From contig JAUPWI010000029.1 in NCBI GenBank assembly GCA_030916545.1, positions 1 to 32,995 of the forward strand: a stretch of 32,995 nt of DNA, written 5' to 3'. The position numbers and the translations under genes were made by a program. Below, in pieces: positions 26,945-32,995 of the stretch; within the stretch, counting starts at the first letter, position 1; each line of letters opens with the position of its first letter. The notes beneath the pieces were generated by a model. That model was given only the letters and a program-made list of their open reading frames with translations. It was not told where the DNA came from and searched no databases. This stretch comes from Patescibacteria group bacterium. Its GTDB lineage: Bacteria; Patescibacteriota; Minisyncoccia; Moranbacterales; UBA1568.

Positions 26945-26999
26945 CATTTCAGAGATAACAGCTCTCCTTGCGGGTTTATTGCAGAGAGGAGAATTTAGT

Positions 27000-27182
27000 C
27001 TAGGCAATTTTCGACTGCTTTACCAGGGTACGAATGGCCTTGGTGGAGAGCTGGAGCTTCATGCCGCCAATGTGCTTTGTCTGGACATTAATCGCAAAAG
27101 TGCGACGAGTCTTGACGTTTGAGTGGCTGCGGTTGTTTCCGGTCTTGGTGCCGCGCCCGGTCAGGTCACATATTCGACTCAT
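27000..27182 (-). CDS. rpmB: 50S ribosomal protein L28
   Basis: From the ATG at 27182: MSRICDLTGRGTKTGNNRSHSNVKTRRTFAINVQTKHI..., the canonical L28 N-terminus. 60 aa. Confidence 0.9.
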   Translation of the reverse strand: MSRICDLTGRGTKTGNNRSHSNVKTRRTFAINVQTKHIGGMKLQLSTKAIRTLVKQSKIA

Positions 27183-27224
27183 AAGACGTAAAATCAGTTG
27201 CTTGGTAACGAATCTGAGAGTATC

Positions 27225-28010
27225 ATGGATACGTGGGAATGGCAAGTGGCGCGCATTCCTTTTATCCGGTTTCCTTCTTTTTCGCCTATGCCTCAAGAAT
27301 TTATCCTGATCGGGTTCTATTTTTTGGCCCTGTTGTATTCCGTGATCATTCACGAAGTTTCGCACGGCGTGATGGCGTTGTGGCTCGGCGATATGACGGC
27401 AAAATACGCCGATCGTCTGAATCTCAATCCGGCCAAACATATCGACCCATTCGGTTCGATACTGCTCCCAGCACTTCTCATCCTGACGACCGGATCCGCA
27501 TTCGGATGGGCCAAACCGGTTCCGTACAACCCGTATAATCTGAAAGATCAGAAATGGGGTCCGCTCTGGGTCGCTCTCGCTGGTCCCGGTTCGAACGTCT
27601 TTCTGGCGACGATAGCGAGTCTTGCCGCATATGCGCTGCCGCTCTCATACGCGGCCAAGCAGGATATCGTCAGGCAATTTGCAGAGACGGTGTACGGAAG
27701 CGGATCGTTTTTCGATCGGTTCGGCTCGTTGACGGAGGCGCTCTCCGGATCATTGCCACAGGTGCTTTTCGGCCTCCTCTTGGTGGTCATCTTTTGGAAT
27801 GTCGTACTGGCCTGTTTCAATCTGCTTCCTTTCCCGCCCCTCGATGGCTCAAAACTCCTGTATGTCCTGTTTCCAATCCGGGAAGAAACGAAGATTTGGC
27901 TCGAGCATTATGGTATCTTCTTCCTGCTTTTCGCTGTTTTTTTCCTGGCGGCACCGATCAGTTTTTTCATCAATGTCGTCCTGTCTTTCTTCGTGCGCCT
28001 GGCGCTGTAG
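27225..28010 (+). CDS. Peptidase M50 (site-2 protease family) membrane metalloprotease
   Basis: HEVSHG (HExxH) lies in TM1, and NLLPFPPLDGSKLL is the second metal-ligand motif. The start is uncertain: ATG 27225, or ATG 27288, which gives the usual ~20 aa before HExxH. Confidence 0.85.
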   Translation: MDTWEWQVARIPFIRFPSFSPMPQEFILIGFYFLALLYSVIIHEVSHGVMALWLGDMTAKYADRLNLNPAKHIDPFGSILLPALLILTTGSAFGWAKPVPYNPYNLKDQKWGPLWVALAGPGSNVFLATIASLAAYALPLSYAAKQDIVRQFAETVYGSGSFFDRFGSLTEALSGSLPQVLFGLLLVVIFWNVVLACFNLLPFPPLDGSKLLYVLFPIREETKIWLEHYGIFFLLFAVFFLAAPISFFINVVLSFFVRLAL

Positions 28011-28031
28011 GGGCTGAAATCGAGGGGGATG

Positions 28032-28060
28032 TTGACAATATCGGCTCTCTTCGGTAGGAT
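28032..28060 (+). promoter_or_regulatory. Candidate sigma70-type promoter of the str operon
   Basis: TTGACA (28032-28037), 17-nt spacer, TAGGAT (28055-28060). It lies ~65 nt upstream of rpsL. Confidence 0.5.
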
Positions 28061-28126
28061 AAGCATTACTGAACAAACGAGTGTTCTCTCTTTGTTTTTG
28101 ACGTAATTTTTTACCAGTGTACCGCT

Positions 28127-28546
28127 GTGACCACGATTAACCAGCTCATCAAGCGACCACGAAAGATTAGTGTCCGGAAATCCAAGTCTCCGGCGATGAC
28201 TTTCGTTACCAATACCATCAAAAATCGTATCACCAAGACGCAAAGTCCTTTCAAACGCGGTGTCTGCGTGAAGGTGACGACGACGACCCCGAAGAAACCG
28301 AACTCCGCTCTTCGAAAGATCGCTCGTGTCCGTTTGACGAACGGCATGGAGGTGACGGCGTATATTCCAGGTATCGGACATAATCTGCAGGAGCACTCCA
28401 TTGTCATGATCCGCGGCGGACGTGTGAAAGATCTCCCGGGTGTCCGGTATCATGTCGTACGCGGCATCTTCGACTCCGCGGGTGTTGCCAACCGGAAGGG
28501 AAGCCGCTCGAAGTATGGTGCCAAGAAGGAGAAGAAGAAAGACTAG
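28127..28546 (+). CDS. rpsL: 30S ribosomal protein S12
   Basis: GTG start. [13 protein letters not shown]...[49 protein letters not shown] is highly conserved S12. Confidence 0.95.
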   Translation: MTTINQLIKRPRKISVRKSKSPAMTFVTNTIKNRITKTQSPFKRGVCVKVTTTTPKKPNSALRKIARVRLTNGMEVTAYIPGIGHNLQEHSIVMIRGGRVKDLPGVRYHVVRGIFDSAGVANRKGSRSKYGAKKEKKKD

Positions 28547-28641
28547 TCTTAAAATATCTAATCATTCCTGACGAAAACGACGAAAATCTGAAGCAGTTTT
28601 TGTGATGAGTATCAGTCGTTCATCGTCTCGCGTATCGAAGT

Positions 28642-29109
28642 ATGCCACGAAGAAAGCGAAATTATCAGCGTGAATGGAAGGCCGATTCTCAGTACGAAAA
28701 TCCACTCGTGGGTCATTTCGTGTGTATGATCATGTGGAACGGCAAGAAGAGTGTGGCCGAGAAGATCGTCTATAACGCTTTCGATGCCATACATGAGCGG
28801 ACGAAGAAGGGCGGTCTGAATACTTTTGAGCAAGCCATCAAGAATGTCGCGCCGATGCTGCAATTGAAGAGTCGTCGCGTCGGAGGTGCTAACTACCAGG
28901 TGCCGGTGCCGGTATCCGGGGAACGCCGTCAGATTCTCGCCATGCGGTGGATCCGGGATGCGTGTCGGAAGAAGAAGGGAAAGGCGATGTCCGAGAAGCT
29001 CGCCGATGAGCTGATCGACGCTTCAAACAAGGTAGGTACAGCCATCAAGAAGCGGGACGATACGCACCGTATGGCCGAGGCCAACAAGGCGTTCGCTCAC
29101 TTCGCGTAA
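28642..29109 (+). CDS. rpsG: 30S ribosomal protein S7
   Basis: MPRRKRNYQRE...GKKSVAEKIVYNAF...RRVGGANYQVPVPV...AMRWI... is conserved S7. Confidence 0.95.
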   Translation: MPRRKRNYQREWKADSQYENPLVGHFVCMIMWNGKKSVAEKIVYNAFDAIHERTKKGGLNTFEQAIKNVAPMLQLKSRRVGGANYQVPVPVSGERRQILAMRWIRDACRKKKGKAMSEKLADELIDASNKVGTAIKKRDDTHRMAEANKAFAHFA

Positions 29110-29142
29110 AAAGACAAGAACTTCGGTTGACGATTTACGAGA

Positions 29143-29182
29143 GAAGCATGAAAGATCGCCTTGGCGGTCTTTCATGTTCTTC
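29143..29182 (+). other. Long near-perfect RNA hairpin between rpsG and the DUF1653 gene, with no T-tract
   Basis: GAAGCATGAAAGATCGC (29143-) pairs with GCGGTCTTTCATGTTCTTC (-29182). That is ~17 bp including two G.U pairs, with a 4-nt loop. The following sequence, AGACGAAAATGG, is not U-rich. Confidence 0.6.
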
Positions 29183-29224
29183 AGACGAAAATGGTTTCCC
29201 GAGTAAATTATAGAGAAGGTTCGT

Positions 29225-29494
29225 ATGGGGCATAAGAATGATGAAGAGTTGAGACGGAATCTTTCGGAAGCACAAGTACGAGTACAAATCGGCGGACGAT
29301 ACCGGCATTATAAGGGTCAGGCGTACACGGTGGTCGGATTCACAGTCATCGAAGCGACAGACGGGATAGGGGTTTTGTATCAGGCAGATTACACCGGGCT
29401 TGAGGGAATCGTCTTCCTGCGGCCGCTTCAAGAGTTTCTTTCATCGGTTGATACGGACGAGGGACGAGTACCACGATTCGCTCCAGTGCCATAA
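29225..29494 (+). CDS. DUF1653-family small protein
   Basis: GGRYRHYKGQAYTVVGF...GVLYQA...VFLRPLQEF...GRVPRFAPV matches my recollection of the DUF1653 pattern (YRHYKG..Y.V...VVY...W.RP...F...G.VPRF). SD-like AGAAGG lies upstream. Confidence 0.7.
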   Translation: MGHKNDEELRRNLSEAQVRVQIGGRYRHYKGQAYTVVGFTVIEATDGIGVLYQADYTGLEGIVFLRPLQEFLSSVDTDEGRVPRFAPVP

Positions 29495-29556
29495 ATACGC
29501 TACACTATTTTTTTAGAGAGTATTCATCAATCATCAATCAATAACCGAGCAAACTT

Positions 29557-31656
29557 ATGGCCCGTACGACTCCTATCGATAAGTATCGCAATATCGGCAT
29601 CATCGCGCATATCGACGCTGGAAAGACCACAACGACGGAACGTGTGCTTTTCTATACCGGTATCACCCACAAAATCGGTGAAGTGCATGAGGGAGCGGCG
29701 ACCATGGACTGGATGGAGCAGGAACGTGAGCGCGGTATCACGATTACTTCGGCTGCTACAACATGTTTTTGGAAGGGGCACCATATCAATATCATCGACA
29801 CTCCAGGGCATGTGGACTTTACGGTCGAGGTAGAACGTTCTCTGCGTGTCTTGGATGGCGGCGTCGTGGTGTTTGATGGTAAGGAGGGCGTTGAGCCGCA
29901 GTCCGAGACCGTATGGCGGCAGGCGGAGAAATACGATGTGCCGCGCATGTGTTTCATCAATAAGATCGACAAGGAAGGTGCCGTGTTCGAGGATGCCTTG
30001 TCTTCGATCTGGAACCGCCTGACTCCGAAGGCCGTCGCGATCCAGTATCCGCTCGGTCTGCGCGGGGACTTCTTCGGTCTCATCAACCTGATGAACATGA
30101 AGGCATATACCTTCGATGGTCCGATGGGGGAGAAGGTGATTGAGGGTGAAATCCCGGTCGAATATCTGGAAAAGGCGAAGGAGTGGCGCGAAAAGATGAT
30201 TGAAAAGATTTCTGAAACGGATGATGCTTTGACGGAGAAGTATCTCGGCGGCGAAGAGATATCCGAAGCCGAACTGAAAGCGGCCTTGCGCCAGGCGGTC
30301 ATCGGGACCAAACTGTATCCAGTCATGACCGGTACCGCACTCCGGAACAAGGGCATACAGTTGGTATTGGACGCGGTCGTCGATTATCTCCCGTCGCCAT
30401 TGGATATTCCTCCATTGTTCGGTACGAATCCGAAGACGGATGCGGAAGAAGTGCGTGAGACGAAGGACGATGCTCCGTTTTCGGCCCTTGCCTTCAAGAT
30501 CGCCACTGATCCATTCATCGGACAGTTGACGTTTTTCCGCGTATACTCCGGAACCATCAAGGCCGGATCGTACGTGCTGAATTCGACCAAGAATGAGAAG
30601 GAGCGTGTCGGCCGTATCGTTCGTATGCATGCCAATCATCGCGAAGAGATCGAAGAGCTCGGTGCTGGTGACATCGGAGCCCTGGTCGGAATGAAGGTGA
30701 CGACCACTGGCAATACATTGTGCGATCCGGACAAGCCGGTGGTACTCGAAGCAATCACCTTTCCGGAGCCGGTCATAGATATCACGGTCGAACCGAAAAC
30801 CAAGTCCGACCAGGAGAAGATGGGTATGGCGCTCAAGAAACTTCTCGAAGAGGACCCGACCTTTCGGGTGCATACGGATGAGGAAACTGCTCAGACGATT
30901 CTCTCTGGAATGGGTGAGTTGCACTTGGATATCATCGTTGACCGCATGAAACGTGAGTTTAAGGTTGAGGTCAATGTCGGCCGACCGCAGGTGGCATATC
31001 GCGAGACAATTCGTATTATGGCTGAAGCCGAAGGAAAGTATATTCGTCAGTCAGGTGGACGTGGTCAGTATGGTCACTGTTGGATTCGTCTTGAGCCAAA
31101 TGAAGTCGGGAAGGGCTATGAATTCTTCGATGAGATTAAGGGTGGTGTTATCCCGCAGGAATTTATCAAGCCAATCAATAAGGGTGTTGAAGAGGCTTCT
31201 CAGACCGGGGTGCTCGCCGGATACCCCGTGGTGGATATCAAGGCCACTGTCTATGATGGATCTTTCCATGATGTCGACTCTTCGGAAGCAGCGTTCCGCG
31301 TGGCGGGCTCGCTCGCTTTCAAGGAAGCGATGCGCAAGGCTAAGCCGGTCATCCTGGAGCCGGTCATGAAAGTGGTGGTTATCACCCCGGAGGCCTCGAT
31401 GGGTGATATCGTCGGGGATATCAACTCCAAGCGCGGTATGATCAAGGAGATGGCGGATCGCGGAGAAGGCGCCGCTCGCGTCAAGGAAATCACCGCCGAG
31501 GTGCCACTCGCTTCGATGTTCGGATACGCGACTCAGATGCGTTCGATGTCGCAGGGTCGGGCCAGTTATTCGATGGAATTCGATCATTATGCCGAAGTGC
31601 CGAGCAGTGTCGCACAGGAAATCATCGGAGCTCGGGCTCCTGCTCCAGCGAAATAG
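29557..31656 (+). CDS. fusA: Translation elongation factor G
   Basis: [33 protein letters not shown]. Full five-domain length of 699 aa. Confidence 0.97.
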   Translation: MARTTPIDKYRNIGIIAHIDAGKTTTTERVLFYTGITHKIGEVHEGAATMDWMEQERERGITITSAATTCFWKGHHINIIDTPGHVDFTVEVERSLRVLDGGVVVFDGKEGVEPQSETVWRQAEKYDVPRMCFINKIDKEGAVFEDALSSIWNRLTPKAVAIQYPLGLRGDFFGLINLMNMKAYTFDGPMGEKVIEGEIPVEYLEKAKEWREKMIEKISETDDALTEKYLGGEEISEAELKAALRQAVIGTKLYPVMTGTALRNKGIQLVLDAVVDYLPSPLDIPPLFGTNPKTDAEEVRETKDDAPFSALAFKIATDPFIGQLTFFRVYSGTIKAGSYVLNSTKNEKERVGRIVRMHANHREEIEELGAGDIGALVGMKVTTTGNTLCDPDKPVVLEAITFPEPVIDITVEPKTKSDQEKMGMALKKLLEEDPTFRVHTDEETAQTILSGMGELHLDIIVDRMKREFKVEVNVGRPQVAYRETIRIMAEAEGKYIRQSGGRGQYGHCWIRLEPNEVGKGYEFFDEIKGGVIPQEFIKPINKGVEEASQTGVLAGYPVVDIKATVYDGSFHDVDSSEAAFRVAGSLAFKEAMRKAKPVILEPVMKVVVITPEASMGDIVGDINSKRGMIKEMADRGEGAARVKEITAEVPLASMFGYATQMRSMSQGRASYSMEFDHYAEVPSSVAQEIIGARAPAPAK

Positions 31657-31696
31657 TCGTCGATCTGAGCACCGAGTTGGGGTCGTATGAGATATC

Positions 31697-31723
31697 AAAG
31701 CCAGTCCTTTTGGGCTGGTTTTT
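31697..31723 (+). terminator. Probable terminator after fusA
   Basis: AAAGCCAG (31697-31704) pairs with CTGGTTTT (31715-31722) across a 10-nt loop. The T-run is part of, and follows, the 3' arm. Confidence 0.45.
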
Positions 31724-31729
31724 GATTGA

Positions 31730-31757
31730 TTGACAGAGAGGCCAAAAAGAGTAAAAT
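31730..31757 (+). promoter_or_regulatory. Candidate sigma70-type promoter in the fusA-tuf island
   Basis: TTGACA (31730-31735), 16-nt spacer, TAAAAT (31752-31757). Confidence 0.5.
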
Positions 31758-31933
31758 ATATCGCTGAATCTTACCAATTGAGAGCAGGTGTTCTCGAGCA
31801 GAAAACGGCTTACAAATAGGTCTTTCTCTGCTAGGGCACACTCGAAGATTCGAGAGTTGATGGTTTATTGTACAGGGGATTTGAGATAACAGGTGTGTCT
31901 TAAATTTTTTTCAGACAAAGGAGGATTAAAAAA

Positions 31934-32194
31934 GTGAATCAGGAACCAAAGAACTATCAAATACTGACCATCGCAAGGGTGAGTATTGATCGTCACGGCC
32001 TCGTCACGGTTGATTTTGAGGGAGGATTGGCCTTTGGAATGAGTCATGGAGCTCTCCTGCGACGATTTGGCATTGATTGGCACAATCTTAACATCGGTCA
32101 GCAGCTTGTAATCATGGGCAAGGAAGGCAACAGCCACGATGATCTGTGTGGTATCGGAACAATCAAAAATATGTGGGTCTATACCGTCGAATGA
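31934..32194 (+). CDS. Hypothetical 86-aa protein
   Basis: GTG start, preceded by the strong SD AAGGAGG (31918-31924) at ~9 nt. It has its own upstream promoter candidate and a downstream terminator. No family recognised. Confidence 0.5.
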   Translation: MNQEPKNYQILTIARVSIDRHGLVTVDFEGGLAFGMSHGALLRRFGIDWHNLNIGQQLVIMGKEGNSHDDLCGIGTIKNMWVYTVE

Positions 32195-32224
32195 TTTTAC
32201 CTGCTAGGTTCTTTTGTGGGGAAG

Positions 32225-32259
32225 GGCTGTCGTGACCATCATGACGGCCTCATTTTTTT
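32225..32259 (+). terminator. Intrinsic terminator after the 86-aa ORF
   Basis: GGCTGTCGTGA (32225-32235) pairs with TCATGACGGCC (32239-32249), 11 bp including two G.U pairs, with a 3-nt loop. It is followed by TCATTTTTTT. Confidence 0.7.
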
Positions 32260-32367
32260 GTCTTTTGATATAGAATTAAGGGGCTTTTGGTGACTGAATG
32301 GGGGATATGAAGTGAGGGTGGTTGAGGGCTGAGAGTTGGGAGCGCATACGGATGAGAATGGTGCCTC

Positions 32368-32396
32368 TTGACAGGATAAAAATGGCTTGGTACTAT
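32368..32396 (+). promoter_or_regulatory. Candidate sigma70-type promoter of tuf
   Basis: TTGACA (32368-32373), 17-nt spacer, TACTAT (32391-32396). It lies ~95 nt upstream of the tuf ATG. Confidence 0.55.
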
Positions 32397-32491
32397 GTCT
32401 CTTGATGCTCCGCTTTGGCACTTTTTTTATTTTGATAAAGTGTCGGAGCGAAACAAAGCCTTTTTTAAATAAATAATTGAATTGTAGAGCT

Positions 32492-32995
32492 ATGGCAGAG
32501 CAATTTCAGCGGACCAAGCCGCATGTGAACGTCGGGACTATCGGTCACGTCGATCATGGAAAGACAACTTTGACAGCCGCTATCCTTCATGTCTTGTCCC
32601 TCAAGGGATTTGCGAAGGCGCGTGGTGTAGATGAAATCGACAAAGCGCCGGAAGAAAAGGCGCGTGGTATTACAATTTCTACCGCACACTGCGAATACGA
32701 GTCTGACAATCGCCACTACGCACATGTTGACTGCCCAGGGCACGCCGACTATATCAAGAACATGATTACTGGTGCCGCTCAGATGGACGGAGCTATCCTC
32801 GTGGTAGCCGCGACCGATGGACCGATGCCACAGACCCGTGAGCACATTCTCTTGGCTCATCAGGTAGGTGTTCAGAATATCGTTGTATTCCTGAACAAGG
32901 TTGACATGGTGGATGATGAAGAGCTCATTGATTTGGTGGAAGCCGAAGCTCGTGAATTGCTCTCAAAATACGAATTTGATGGTGACAATGCCGCC
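32492..32995 (+). CDS. tuf: Translation elongation factor Tu, N-terminal 168 codons (3' end lies outside the window)
   Basis: The ATG at 32492 gives [31 protein letters not shown]...[26 protein letters not shown]...NKVD. It is absent from the ORF track because no stop falls within the window. Confidence 0.95.
   Translation, partial: MAEQFQRTKPHVNVGTIGHVDHGKTTLTAAILHVLSLKGFAKARGVDEIDKAPEEKARGITISTAHCEYESDNRHYAHVDCPGHADYIKNMITGAAQMDGAILVVAATDGPMPQTREHILLAHQVGVQNIVVFLNKVDMVDDEELIDLVEAEARELLSKYEFDGDNAA

Noticed and set aside
29527-30924. 465-aa minus-strand ORF.
   Set aside because: It is entirely antisense to the unambiguous fusA CDS. It is Arg/Leu/His-rich and low-complexity, typical of a shadow ORF in GC-rich coding sequence.
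32300-32345. G-tract-rich purine stretch (GGGGG..GGG..GG..GGG..GGG) as a possible G-quadruplex upstream of the tuf promoter.
   Set aside because: The loops between G-runs are 7-10 nt and one run is only GG, so it fits only a relaxed G4 definition. There is no further support.

Overview
This 33-kb window is almost entirely housekeeping genes, mostly on the + strand, from what looks like a small-genome bacterium. The gene content is reminiscent of CPR/Patescibacteria: ComEC, an LCP protein, a giant Cys-framed surface protein, K/A-rich extensions on core enzymes and an insert-bearing NDK. That assignment is inference only. Gene order: atpA (3' end), atpG, an opposite-strand membrane ORF, atpD-atpC, rpsF-ssb-rpsR, efp, a 4-TM ORF, gyrB, a Zn-ribbon ORF, rplY (L25/Ctc) and an orphan sRNA-like unit. 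Then come pth and an LCP gene (both minus strand), lepB, hisS, a HIT protein, rpsU, a yqeY-like gene, dgkA, ftsA, ftsZ and a 1057-aa surface protein. The window ends with nrdR-comEC-MBL (ComEC C-domain as its own ORF)-ndk, rpmB (minus strand), an M50 protease, and rpsL-rpsG-DUF1653-fusA-(86-aa ORF)-tuf (5' part). All conserved genes are intact under the standard code. I found no rRNA, tRNA, CRISPR array, transposase, integrase or recognisable defence or toxin system, so I cannot point to a clear-cut novel system. The items most worth a second look are these. (1) A self-contained ORF-free ~180-nt unit at 10247-10459 with a perfect TTGACA-17-TATAAT promoter and an intrinsic terminator. (2) The 1057-aa envelope protein, which has an internal TM hairpin and second signal peptide plus a sharp ~500-bp GC trough. 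(3) A translationally coupled nrdR-comEC-MBL chain followed by ndk, with ComEC split at an ATGA overlap. (4) Unusually long, highly structured ORF-free spacers inside or next to the atp and rpsF operons. (5) Small unknown genes with their own signals inserted in the str operon. The supplied ORF track uses GTG/TTG starts, so several N-termini were trimmed to internal ATGs that match the conserved protein N-termini.
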